Source: Cladosporium halotolerans
Taxonomy: Eukaryota
Length of the DNA: 64,000 nucleotides
NCBI RefSeq assembly: GCF_011745625.1
Contig: NW_027191495.1
Coordinates: 1-64,000, forward strand
Direction of reading: 5' to 3'
Positions 1 to 11,154 of the stretch are shown here, piece after piece. Position 1 is the stretch's first letter; the number at the start of each line of letters is the position of its first letter. The translations under genes and the position numbers were made by a program. Under the pieces are notes generated by a model. It did no database searches. It saw nothing but the letters and a program-made list of their open reading frames with translations, and was not told where the DNA came from.

Positions 1-148
1 GGAGTGACTGTAGGAGAGAGGCACGTGTCCCGTGTGCCCCGCTGCGCGTGTCAAGACTGCCGCTGGGATGTGATGAGTGTGTACACACAGTAGGTAGGTT
101 GGAGGGTAGGTTTCCCGGTCGGAAAAGCCGATTTATGGCCGCGGAATT

Positions 149-171
149 GGGGTCGGGGTCGGGGTCGGGGG
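149..171 (+). repeat. (GGGGTC)3GGGGG hexamer microsatellite
   Basis: Read directly from the sequence; four G4-G5 tracts. Confidence 0.85.
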
Positions 172-2873
172 ATGGGCTGGGAAGGGCCTGCGGGGACCTG
201 AGGCTGTGTGATGGGGACGTGATTGGGTTGGGTTTGCAGGCTTTTGCGATGGATGTGAAGATGAGGCGGGTTTTGGGATTGGGCAGGAGGGTGTGGCGCG
301 TCGAGGCGCGGAAGGATGTTTGGGTTGAGAAGGTGGTGCGTTGAGGAGGTTGAGTGATTGGGAGGGAGGTGGTGGTAGAGGCAGCGCAATTGGAATGGAT
401 GTGTGATGGCAAGGGAATGCACTGACGATGCACATCCGTGGAGGCGTTCGCGGCGTTCGTCGTTGCGATCGATCAATCGTACGTCGATGGCGCTCGTTGC
501 TTGCGACACCCCAACTTACCTTGCGCGATGATGTGCTCTGTGGCACCGCTACTGAGGAAGGCCCAACATGCTGTTGACGTAACAAACATTGTTTGCGCAA
601 GTTGTGTCGTCAACATGCATGTTGAATATCCAAGTCTGACGTCGACAAACAAACCTTGCTGAGGATGATACGGTCGTTGTTGTTTCACAATCAATTGTCC
701 GATCGACTCCAGGGTGTGCGACACAAATCAGGGAATCGCAGGAGGATTGCGCGAATACTCTCTCACGGGTGGGACCCTCCTGCCGTTCGAAAGGCCAGCA
801 TAGGGCACGATGACCACATCCACAAACAATGCCTCGTCACGACCCTGTACACAAGTGACAGTCGCAGGCTCCTCACCGGCAGAACTCTGCATCGTTTCAG
901 GTATTTCTGTGACGAGCTAAGTCTACAGCGCTAGTGAGAGCATCACGCGGTGAAGAGTGGGTAGGCTGAGCCGGACGAGACGGATGGAGGATGGGCGCGC
1001 GCCGGCCGCATGGAGGCGTGCGTTCACCAGCTTTACCCACACCGGTAGGTCTCGTAGAACGTCGTATGCCGATCGCAGCATTGGTGTTGTAGGGCGACGC
1101 AGACGTTGAGCTCGTGCGTGGTGGCCGAGCGCGACCGGCGATGTTTCGAAAATCAGCCTTGCGCAAGAGGCGATCTGCGAGGCCCGCGGTCGATCCCCTT
1201 TCTTTTGACGGTCGGCGCGGTCTGTGTACTGCGACCTCGACTACGCTCGCACGAATCGTCTGAAAGGTTGTTCCTGGCTAGTCTGCTCTTCGAGTTGCGA
1301 GCTGACGCCGGCGAGCCGGTAAGTTTCCCAGGAAGACCTTGTGGCCAAACCGCGCGATCTACGAAAGCGCTCCATCGCTGCGCTACTCGTGCGACAGGTC
1401 ACGCGGTTCGGAGGCGTTGGAAAGGAGAACAGAGCGCGCCGATCGAAGAGTCGAGAACTGCGACCGTTGACGATAAGATGAGGCCCAAAACAGAGCGAGG
1501 AGGGCAGGATTGCGTCGGCAGGTTCGGCACCGCGTGCGCGCAGTTCGCTCTTGGTAGCGTCCGTCCGGATGAGGGCAGTCGTCCGAACACGGGACGAAGT
1601 CACATTTTGCCGGCGGACGACGTCGTCGATGGCCAGCGGGGAGCAGTGGCCACCTCGATCCTACCGAGTGATGATTGGCTTGGCAACGGGGTGATCTGGG
1701 ATCTGCAGGCCGTGACGCGAGCGCCGAAGAGGCCGGTAGTGGTGAAGAGCACGAGGTGTTGCAGCGACAGTGCTGACCGCGGCTGCGCAGGTGAATATTC
1801 CGCGACGTGTTTCATGTCTGCCAGACCTGGCGATCATACAGGCACAGAAGTGTGGTGGCCGGGATGACCAGGGTCGAGTGCCGCGCTAAGCTTTGTCCAC
1901 TGAGGGGCGTCGAATGGTGTGCAGGTGGCAGCGTGTTCGCGACAACGGCAGTGCGTCGGGCGCATCCGGATCGCACGCCCGCTCTGGCAGCACGCCCAAA
2001 TCGCGCAGCAGTACGAGGGCGATGTGATGTCGTGCGAGTCGGGCGCGCGGCAGCGCTCACGTTGGCTGTCGTCGGAGATTATTCTGCGCTGACACGGCTC
2101 GTCCTGAGTGAGTCCTGCAGACGGCCCAAGGGGCGCTCGGGGCGGGACACGCGCAGCGGCAGGGTACAGACAGCGCCAGCGGTGAGACAAGCGCCTGTCG
2201 GCAAGCCACGCGCATCGCATTCGTGCGGGCGCGCAGCTGCTGCTCGCTATGCGCGCGCCAAAGGGGCCGGCGGAGGAGAGGCCTGCGCGGGCGTCACATG
2301 GGCCCTGTCGCTGTGGTGGCTCAGACGGCGAGGCTCGTCGCGGCGGCATGTCGACTGGCCGGCAGACGGCGGCCTCTACAGGGTGTGAGACGCGGTGGCA
2401 GGCCGGCATTGCTCGTTCTGCACGTCACTGGCATCGCGAGTGTAGGCTGACTGCAGGCTGCGTGGCTGCGGACAGGCTTCGACTTGTGTTTCAGGATGCT
2501 GCTCTGCCGGCGCAGAGGGCTGGCCGGCAGCGGCAGCCCGCACAGGCGACCTCAGCTCTTGGCCGGGCGGGCTCGCATGGAAAAGAGCGTTGCTAGTCGG
2601 CATGCCCATGACTCTCTCGCAGGCGGCCTTGTGCAGATTGCGCGGGAAGGTGGTGCTATTTCTAGGGCCGTGATGGCCTCTGTGCGCGCAAACGACGTGA
2701 GCACTGGGCGCGCGCGCGCCAGAGACCAAAATGGCAGATATTACATTGCGGTGGGGCGTGGAGCGGGCGGGCGGCTACGGCTGCTGCTGGTGGACGGAGG
2801 GGAGGCATAGAGGTGGGAGTGGTAAGGTATGGCACGGGAGGGTGCCTGGGGAGGGAGGTATAGGGGCAGACTG

Positions 2874-2875
<2 letters not shown>

Positions 2876-2904
<29 letters not shown>
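2876..2904 (+). repeat. (CCAG)n tetranucleotide microsatellite upstream of STE12
   Basis: About 7 perfect CCAG units, read directly. Confidence 0.9.
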
Positions 2905-3864
2905 GGCGTGAGGCCGGGATGGGGCGCATTGGCAGGACGGGGAGCAGCGGGCTGGAGTGGTGGTATACATCGCACATGGTGTATGCATGAGGTACTGTGC
3001 ATACAGTGGGAAGTAGTGTATGGGCGTCTACAGTCGCTGGTACCTTATGGTGAGGTACGGCACTCTGCCAGGCACTCTAAGGCACATACCACGCACCCTG
3101 CAAGGCCGCCCTCTAAGCGCCCGACCAGCCCGGCCGTCCACGCTCTCGCACGCGCCGCCCCGCTTGGCGCCTCAGGCACGGGCCCCCTCCCGCCGCGGCT
3201 TGAAACAGTTTCGAGTGCTTTAGCCCGGCCGCCGCCCGCCGCCCGCGTCGTCTCATCGCCTCGTCTCATCCTCCCAAACACCCCCATCTGCTCCCAGCGC
3301 CCAGCTGCTGCCATCTGCTCGCTGCCCGCACTCCACCGCCCGCGCGCTCAGGCACACCAGGCACACCAGGCACACCACGCCCGCTCTCGCCTGACTCTCT
3401 CTCGCGCACGCTCCTCGCGCCTCTCGCCCTCTCGCCCTCGCACGCTCCTCGCGCATCCCCCCACCGCACGTCCGCCTGCCTCCCTCTGATCCGCCAGCTC
3501 CAGCGACGGCCGGCCCTCGCTATCCACTTCTTTACCTCGCTGCCTCCCCATATCTGACACGCTCGCTCACGCCTGCCCTTCCCTCGTTTCGTCGCGTGTC
3601 TGCTGCTTCGTCGCCTTCTCTTCCTCGCCCGCGTACAGACCTGGTTGTCGTACCCGCCGCATCCTCTGCACCTCCTCGCCGCACATCAAACCGGCCCAGT
3701 CTGAGACGGGCCCTCTGCGACGCCTTCACCAAACCCAACCTCATCGCCGCCACCCTCACCAAACACTCACCACCCTCACCTCACCTCACTTCACCTCCGT
3801 CGCGCAGTCGTCCGGCCCGCGTCCGGCACAGCGTGCCCTGCCTCACCGCGACTCGCCTTCCGCC

Positions 3865-6177
3865 ATGTCCGCCATCTACCCCTCACAGCACCCGCCGGCC
3901 ATGATGCCGCCGCAGCAGCGCCCTGTCGCCCCGGAGACTTTTTTGCTTGACCAGGATGCGCAGCAGAGCTTGCCTGCAGACTCGGTCGTTGCATTGCAGC
4001 AAGTCGACAACCGTACGTCCTGCCTCTAAAGCTTGCCCCTCACTTGCGCCACCAATGCGCGAGATCGCAACGCAGACCCAATGGCTGACCCGCATGCGCA
4101 GTGAAATACTTTCTCATTTCTGCCCCCGTCGACTGGGCGCAGGACCAATACATCCGAAGATTCCTCCTTCCCACTGGCGAATACGTTTCTTGCGTTCTTT
4201 GGTGAGCTTTGGCGCCGATCACCCTACCACTCCGCAATTCTAACATCCTCCAGGAGCAACCTCTTCCACATCTCGGGCACCGACATCGTGCGATGCCTGT
4301 CGTTCCGCTTCCAGGCCTTTGGCAGGCCCGTCAAGAACTCCAAGAAGTTCGAAGAGGGCATCTTTTCCGACCTGCGCAACCTCAAGTCCGGCACCGACGC
4401 CTCGCTCGAGGAGCCCAAGAGTCCCTTCCTTGATTTCCTTTACAAGAACAACTGCATTCGCACCCAGAAGAAGCAGAAGGTCTTCTACTGGTACAGCGTC
4501 CCTCACGACCGCCTTTTCCTGGATGCTCTGGAGCGCGACCTGAAGCGCGAGAAGATGGGCCAGGAGGCCACGACCGTAGCCGTCAACGAGCCAGCGCTCT
4601 CCTTCGAGTTCGACTCTTCGCAGTCACTCTTCGAGCAGCTGACCAAAGCACAACAGAGCTCTCAGTCAACATACCCCACGCAGCCGCAGTCGCTTCCTCA
4701 GTCTCAGAGCGTGTCACCCATGGTTCGCGCTGCCGACTCCATGCCGCCGCCGCCATTGATGCCCCAGCAGCAGCTCATCGCAACTACATCCATGCCCGCT
4801 CCCAGTATGCCCATGCCTACTGCCATGCATGATGATTCGATGTCGCACATGCCAACCTACTCCCAGATGGCGATGCCTCCGATGCCTTCCCAAATCCAGA
4901 GAACGCGCGAGCAGTCAGTGAACCCGGTTTTTGATCGCAACGGCGTCCCTCTCTCCCAGATTGGCAACAGACACAGCTCGATGCCAGCCTACATGGAATA
5001 CTCTCCCGCCCCGTCGTTCGTCTCGTCGCACTTCGAGGACTACAGCACTCGTGGTCTTTCTTACGAGCCGCTCACTCCACCCCAGCACGCAACGGGTATG
5101 CCCAACGAATCAGCCTACATTGCCAACGAAGACACCGGCTTGTACACTGCGATTCCTGAAGTCGGTCTGCAGCAGCCCTTCAACCCGCTCATGGCGGTCG
5201 CGTCGAGCTTCCCCGGGGCTCAGTACCCCTCCATGGCCCGCAATTTCCAGCCTCAACAATACTCCGTGCTTGAAGGCTCACCTACCTACAAGCAGCGCCG
5301 TCGCCGCTCGTCTCTCACCTCTGGAGCCACCGCTCACGCTACTCCCACTCACTCAGCCACCGCATACACACCTCATCGCCCTAGCGACCTGAGGAGATCC
5401 GTCTCGCAGTCTGTCGCTCCCCAGCCCATCCCTGAGGCGCAAGAGTTGGAAGCGTACCACGACTCGCCGGCCAGTCTTCACACATCCCAGAACCAGAACC
5501 CGATGATGCAGGGTGAGCACAAGGAGCTTCTCGATCTTTCGCGTCAGGGCACTCCTCAGGGCGAGACCGTGGCTGAGGACTATGCTCAGAGACAGCCGAT
5601 GCCCATGGTGCACAGCGAGGACTTTGCCAACTACGAAGCTAGCCCGAACCGCGGTTACAGGTCTATGCCGCAGCACCACGCCGTTCAGAGAACCGCCAAC
5701 GGTGTCTTCCGTCGCGCTCGCAGCGCTACTCTGACAGAGATGGCTCCCTACCCACAGAAGAGCCACTCTTGCCCAATTCCCATGTGTGGCCGTCTCTTCA
5801 AGCGCTTGGAACACCTGAAGCGTCACGTCCGCACGCACACCCAAGAGCGTCCTTACGTCTGCCCTCTCTGCAGCAAAGCTTTCTCCCGCTCAGACAACCT
5901 CGCCCAGCACCGCCGCACGCACGAGACCAACCCGGATGCCATTGCGCCTTCGGAGGAAGAGATCGAAGAGGAGCGCGACGCGCTCAACGACGCCCTCGCC
6001 GAGAACATGAGCGGCGGCCAGAGCAGCAGCCCGTACCAGCCAGTAGCCATGTCCACCGGCCCCGACATGCAGATGGGCATGCCGCCGACTCACCTCGACA
6101 TGAACAACCTCTCCAACACCGGCATGAGCAGCTCTCAGCAAATGGTCGGCGGCGCCGCAATCGGCGACTACCAATGA
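3865..6177 (+). CDS. STE12: Ste12-like transcription factor (STE domain plus two C2H2 zinc fingers)
   Basis: Exons 3865-4012, 4102-4201 and 4254-6177, with GT-AG introns, splice into MSAIYP...[15 protein letters not shown]...[19 protein letters not shown]...[32 protein letters not shown]-terminal fingers are [23 protein letters not shown] and [21 protein letters not shown]. Confidence 0.97.
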
Positions 6178-7654
6178 ACCGGCCCACATCAGCTCGCAGC
6201 ATCTTCTTGACTGCCTTGCTCGCTGGTTCGGCTCGGTTGCTCAAGTGGCATTATCTTCTCTTCGACCGATCACTGTTTGATCGCCTTTTTCTTTGAACCA
6301 CTAGTGCGCTTTAACATCGTTCAGATACCTCTGGTTCTTGTTTGGTTTTTGAATCACGCGCGCTGGCACTGTTTTTCTGCGATCTTCTTTCGCCGGGGCA
6401 TGGGCAACGCACGGCGTCCGCGGGGAAAAAGCTTGGGGCGGCGCACCGGCTCTGACGAATATACGCCGCGGCTCTACATTTCGTCTTTCTTAATTTTTGC
6501 GGCTTGCTGCGAGCAATGGGGATGGAGGGGAGGACACTGGATATCATGCGAGGTTGGGAAAACGGTTTGAGTCGGCGCTCAAGCATAGCGACTTCAAGGC
6601 ATTTTTCACGAAGTCTGACGAGAGCGGGAGGGAAAAATGGAATGGAAGAAAGGCAAGGACTCGCTGTTCCCCTGTCGGCTTTGCGGGTTGGTTGGGGGAA
6701 TCAGGACGAGGCGGTCTTCGGAAGGAGACCGGGAGGGCAGGAACTGGGACTCAGATATGGTCAGGGAAGGGAATGGGGATTTGATAGCATGACAGGATAT
6801 CCTGGAGGAGAGGAGCGGAAATGAAAATTGATTTATTATGAGCTTCGATTCCGCTGTCATGACTTGCGTGAGGTGCCTGAGGTTGCTGTGTTGCAGAGGC
6901 ATTCTCGCGTTATTGCTAGACGTCGGACAGCTACACCGTCTTCGGCACACGTGGCCGGGACCTTGCCGATCGACCACCATCCGGTATTGCATCTCTCGCC
7001 TCGCTCCCAAACCCGACCACAATCCACACGCACGCGCAGTCCGGCTACCGCACCCACTCACCGGCTCAATTACATCGCACATACGTCCACAACACCAAGA
7101 CCGCCCAAGGAAGGCCCTACGACATCAACGCATATCACGAGCGCGCCAAGGATACCTGCGCAAACCCTCGCCAGCCGAAAGTTGCCTGTTTGCGCCAATT
7201 CGCCTCGGCTCCTGCCATCCATCCTTCCCTGTTCGGAACCGGCAAAAGTCGCGTCGCAAAGCGATCAGCAACCCCGGATTGTGGAGGCCCCGCAGGGAGA
7301 GCGAAAGCATGATGAGTTGATGGTCCTGAGTTTCGTTCCTGGTTTTGACTTCGTCATGGCCTGGGGGCTCCACCATTTTTCCACCAAATGAGCGCCTTCC
7401 CCGCAAACGAGGGCGAGGGCGCACGGTGTTGGACGGACCTCGTGCCCTAACGTGAGCCGCTGCAGCTAGGTAGGTTCTCTCTTAAGGTGTTTATGTGCAG
7501 TTTGCCGCTGAGCCTCGACCTCCGGCTGCTTGGGTCTCTTCGTCTTCGGGATGTGGACTGCCAGCGCTGGATGATTAACCGCGTGGGTATGGACATGGAC
7601 TTCACTATTTTCCACGCGACCTAACGTGTCGCCGATCACCTCGCCAGGCGAGGA

Positions 7655-7660
7655 TATAAA
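7655..7660 (+). promoter_or_regulatory. Probable TATA box of the GH93 gene
   Basis: TATAAA about 85 bp upstream of the ATG at 7742. Confidence 0.55.
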
Positions 7661-7741
7661 CTCCATGCTCGCCAGGCCATTGACCTCCAGATTCCACCAC
7701 CACCGCCACCACCATCACTTCCAGAGAAGCACTCGCCCACC

Positions 7742-8875
7742 ATGAGGCTCTCCACGCTCTTCCTGTCTCTCCTCCCCCTCGTCTCCGCCGCCCCCGGCAA
7801 ACCCAAGGCGCCCAAATACTTCTCCAACCGCGAGATCTTCACCCCGCCCTCGAACGCCAACTGGACGGACCCCAAAGTCCTCTACGCGCGTGCCGCGCAG
7901 CTCGACGACAACACCTTCCTCGCGACCTGGGAGAACTACTCCCCGGAGCCCCCCTCCGTCTACTTCCCCATCTTCCGCTCCACCGACGGCGGCTACACGT
8001 GGAGCGAGTTCTCCCGCGTCGAAGACCAAGTCAACGGCTGGGGCCTGCGGTACCAGCCCTTCCTGCACGTCCTCGCCAAACCCCTCGGCGGCTTCCCAGC
8101 CGGCACCGTCCTGCTCGCCGGCTCCTCGATCCCAACCGACCTCTCCCTGACGCAAATCGACCTCTACGCCTCGACGGACGCCGGCAAATCCTGGGCCTTC
8201 GTCTCCCACATCGCGTCCGGCGGCGAAGCCCGGCCGACCAACGGCCTCACGCCCGTCTGGGAGCCCTTCCTGCTCGAGTACAGCGGCAAGCTCATCTGCT
8301 TCTACAGCGACCAGCGGGACCCCCGCTACGGGCAGAAAATGGTGCACCAGACGACCACCGACCTGAAATCCTGGGGCCCCGTGGTCGACGACGTGCGCTA
8401 CCCGACGTACACGGACCGCCCCGGGATGCCGACGGTGCAGCAGCTGCCGAACGGGAAGTACATCATGGCGTACGAGTACGGCGGCGGACCCACCGATACC
8501 GACGCCTACGAGTTCCCCGTGCACTACAAGATCTCTTCGTCGCCTGAAACCTTCGACGCCGCGGAGGGCCAGAGGCTGGTGGCGACGGACGGGACGATCC
8601 CCAAGGGCTCGCCGTACGTGGTGTGGAGCAAGGAGGGCGGGAAGAACGGGACGCTGATCGCGAGCGCGCACAGCAGCGGGGACGTGTATGTGAACAAGGG
8701 GCTGGGCGAAGGGGAGTGGGTCGCTGTCAAGACGCCGCAGCCGAATGCGTACACGCGGTACCTGGGTGTTGGGAAGGATCAGAAGAAGCTGATGATTATG
8801 GGGGCTGGGCAGTTGCCGCCGAGCGAGGACAATCAGGTTTCTGTTTCTGTGGTGGATGTGAAGAAGCTTTCTTGA
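7742..8875 (+). CDS. Secreted GH93 exo-alpha-1,5-L-arabinanase (BNR/Asp-box beta-propeller)
   Basis: Intronless, 377 aa. Signal peptide MRLSTLFLSLLPLVSA; motifs LYAR, ATWENY, Asp-boxes RSTDGGYTW and ASTDAGKSW, VWEPFL, YSDQRDP, RPGMP. Confidence 0.88.
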   Translation: MRLSTLFLSLLPLVSAAPGKPKAPKYFSNREIFTPPSNANWTDPKVLYARAAQLDDNTFLATWENYSPEPPSVYFPIFRSTDGGYTWSEFSRVEDQVNGWGLRYQPFLHVLAKPLGGFPAGTVLLAGSSIPTDLSLTQIDLYASTDAGKSWAFVSHIASGGEARPTNGLTPVWEPFLLEYSGKLICFYSDQRDPRYGQKMVHQTTTDLKSWGPVVDDVRYPTYTDRPGMPTVQQLPNGKYIMAYEYGGGPTDTDAYEFPVHYKISSSPETFDAAEGQRLVATDGTIPKGSPYVVWSKEGGKNGTLIASAHSSGDVYVNKGLGEGEWVAVKTPQPNAYTRYLGVGKDQKKLMIMGAGQLPPSEDNQVSVSVVDVKKLS

Positions 8876-9068
8876 GATTGTGGTTGGGTGGGGGAGATGG
8901 TGGTGGAGGATGCTTAGATGGTTGATGGTTTGACGCCAACATGATGAGTAGATATTGCATACATGCCATGCCAATCAAAAGGGCGAAGTCCAGCTTGCGA
9001 GCCCAGTGAACGCCAAATCTCCCTTCTCGGATCCCAAAGGTGCAGAAAATGTGCTTTAACCCCTTCGA

Positions 9069-9830
9069 TCACCTCACCCCACCACCACCGCCCTCAAACC
9101 TCCACCTCTCCCCTTCCAACCTCCCCAACACCGCCTCCCTCAACCTCCCCGCAACAGCAGGGTAATACTCCTCATAGCCTATTGCCACCGTCAGCACATC
9201 GCACTCCAGACCCTCAAAACCCCCTCCCAAAAAAAAAAAAAAAAAGAAAGAGAAAGAAAAAAACTCACTCCTCTCCCACCTCTCCCTCGCCCTCCCCCCA
9301 CCAGCACTCCCCGCCGGCGCACCGGCCCAAAACCCCCTCACGACCTCCCCGTGAAACTCATCGACCGCCCTCCCCTCCGCCTCAGCCAGCTCCTCCTCCG
9401 CAGCGGCGTGCGCAGCGAGACAGCTCTCGAGGCCGGCGATGGAGCGCACGAAGCCGCCGTCGTCGGCGCTGCGCAGCACAAATTCTGGTTCTGGAGGGGA
9501 GGCGTAGAGCGCGTCGCGGGAGGACTTCTTTCTCTGCTGCTGGCGGGGCGGGGGGGAGGAGGATGTGGTTGTGGTTGTGTTGGCGGGGGTGGTGCCGCGG
9601 CGGGTGCTGGCTGTGGGTTTGCTGGTGCGGGCGGAAGGGGCGAAGAGGGGGTTTTGCGGTTGGGACTGGGGGTGGTGGCGGAGGCGGGAGGTGCTGGCTG
9701 TTGATGTTGGTGGGTTTTGTTGGTGGGCGCGGGCGGCGGCGCGGAGGTTGGGCGGCGCGATGGTTGGGTGGCGGAGGGGGGCGGTTGTGAAGGGGTCTGG
9801 GGCTGTGGTTGTGGAGCGGGTTGGGGGCAT
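9069..9830 (-). CDS. Hypothetical protein with a low-complexity N-terminus and one in-frame intron
   Basis: ATG at 9830 after an A-run. A 90-nt intron at 9268-9179 (GTGAGT, poly-T, GCTGAC, TAG) explains the poly-Phe stretch in the ORF track. Helical C-terminus YEEYYPAVAGRLREAVLGRLEGERWRFE; family not recognised. Confidence 0.6.
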   Translation of the reverse strand: MPPTRSTTTAPDPFTTAPLRHPTIAPPNLRAAARAHQQNPPTSTASTSRLRHHPQSQPQNPLFAPSARTSKPTASTRRGTTPANTTTTTSSSPPPRQQQRKKSSRDALYASPPEPEFVLRSADDGGFVRSIAGLESCLAAHAAAEEELAEAEGRAVDEFHGEVVRGFWAGAPAGSAGGGRARERWERSEFFSFSFFFFFFLGGGFEGLECDVLTVAIGYEEYYPAVAGRLREAVLGRLEGERWRFEGGGGGVR

Positions 9831-10335
9831 TTTTTTTGTCGGAGTGTGGTGATGATTCGAGGTGGGAGGTCGTTTTGTTTACGCGAGGTGCAGACTGTGG
9901 GTGAGCTTGTTAGCTGTGTAGCTATGGCGTGGTACCTGCGTGGCGATCAGGATGTGCGGTTCCTGCATTGATGGACCCTGGTACGTCGCTAACGATCTTC
10001 GCGTGGGGTAACGGTGGAGCTTGAAGTAGTGTGGAGCTCTACATACATACATGCACATACAGCATGCACGACGATGTTAACGCCTGCATCACATGTGCGA
10101 TCGACAATAACACCAACTGCGCCATCACTCGCAACAACACCATCACGGGGCACAACACCAATACAACATGTGCACGCCAGGGCGAAGAGACTGACAGATG
10201 ATTAACGATCAAGGATCAACACGACCAATAACATCAATCACATTGCGAACACCACCACCGACACCACCAACAACCACCAAAACCCTCTTCTCCAACCACC
10301 TCGCAAGCGAAGTAAATCGGTGAAAAAGGTAAAAA

Positions 10336-10526
10336 GTGTTCGCGTCAGCCAGAGGTAGTGCGATACTGGCGACACTAACCGGCGAGGCATCGGCAAGCCG
10401 AGAGGCCCCCCCAGTGGTTCCAAAGAGTGAGTGATAGACAAAAACTGGCCGTAGCCAGGTTTCAGCGATCAAACTGAAAAGAACAGATACTACACATGAT
10501 CTAAGCCAAACGGCAAAGAGAGCTGG
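10336..10526 (-). ncRNA. U2: U2 spliceosomal snRNA (divergent variant)
   Basis: Minus strand reads CCAGCUCUCUUUGCCGUUUGGCUUAGAUCAUGUGUAGUAUCUGUUCUUUUCAGUUUGAUCGCUGAAA. This contains stem I, the branch-point recognition sequence GUAGUA and stem IIa. It is followed by stem IIb (CUGGC-UACG-GCCAG), stem III with a GCUUGC loop, and stem IV (GCCAG-UAUCGCACUACCU-CUGGC). Length is about 190 nt. Confidence 0.93.
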
Positions 10527-10655
10527 GGAGGGAAAGGTCGAGTCGTTGGGCGGCGGGGGAATGAGGTACTTCTAGTCCGGGAAACCGCGCTAGCGGCCCG
10601 CGAAGGTGCCTGAAGGGTGCCTGGCAAGACCGCTCACTGAGTCGGGTGAGCCGTG

Positions 10656-10747
10656 CACTCTAGGCAGCAGCGACATGGGTGCCTGAGCAGCCTGACCAAA
10701 GTGTTCACTCTAGGCAGCAGGCGTTGTGGGTGCCTGAGCAGCCTGAC
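10656..10747. repeat. Tandem duplication with about 50-bp period upstream of U2
   Basis: CACTCTAGGCAGCAG-N5/6-TGGGTGCCTGAGCAGCCTGAC occurs at 10656-10696 and 10706-10747. Confidence 0.9.
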
Positions 10748-11154
10748 GAGGGTGTGCAACGCTCGGTGAGCCGGCCGGATGCGGAGCACGTGATATGGCG
10801 GTGATTTGAGCCGGAGTCACGTGTGTAGAGGCAGGCAGGTGGTCGAGGGTCAGAGGCGTAGGCGTTGTGGTTGCAGGGATGTAAGGTGATATGTAGCCCA
10901 CATAAGGCGATCGCCGCCATCGATCGACGTCGGGAATCTGCACCGCGGACCCTTGCGACGACTGAAGGGTGCTTAGCCTTGCGATCTCACGTCTATTGTT
11001 CGTCGGAGCCAGTGTCACATCGAAAAAGCGGTACACAGATGATCCTGTGCTCGTAAACGTACACTACATTGTATCCAAGATTTTGCCCAACTTCGACATG
11101 CCTGTGCCAGAACGTAGCCAAAACCCGCAAAATGCTAGACCAAACAGAAAACCC

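Noticed and set aside
1..720. Overlapping short ORFs and a GTAAGT donor-like site at about 519 on the minus strand
   Set aside because: No coherent spliced protein or family motif could be assembled; left unresolved at the window edge.
1106..3489. ORFs of 190-250 aa upstream of STE12
   Set aside because: Arg/Ala/Gly-rich translations typical of GC-rich non-coding DNA, with no codon bias or motifs.
7715..8974. 419-aa minus-strand ORF overlapping GH93; similar shadows lie over GARS (19968-21128), DUF89 (22550-23539), NAP1 (29383-30429), PDX1 (47294-48328), SAM synthetase (55308-56711) and HEM4 (57836-58885)
   Set aside because: These are antisense shadows caused by strong GC3 codon bias in the real genes and have no recognisable domains.
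9229..9263. Long A-rich tract suggesting a retroposon poly(A) tail
   Set aside because: It lies inside a canonical minus-strand intron as a poly-T tract, with no target-site duplication.
10656..10747. Repeat-spacer-repeat pattern resembling a CRISPR array
   Set aside because: Only two units, very short variable parts, eukaryotic context and no cas genes; a simple tandem duplication.
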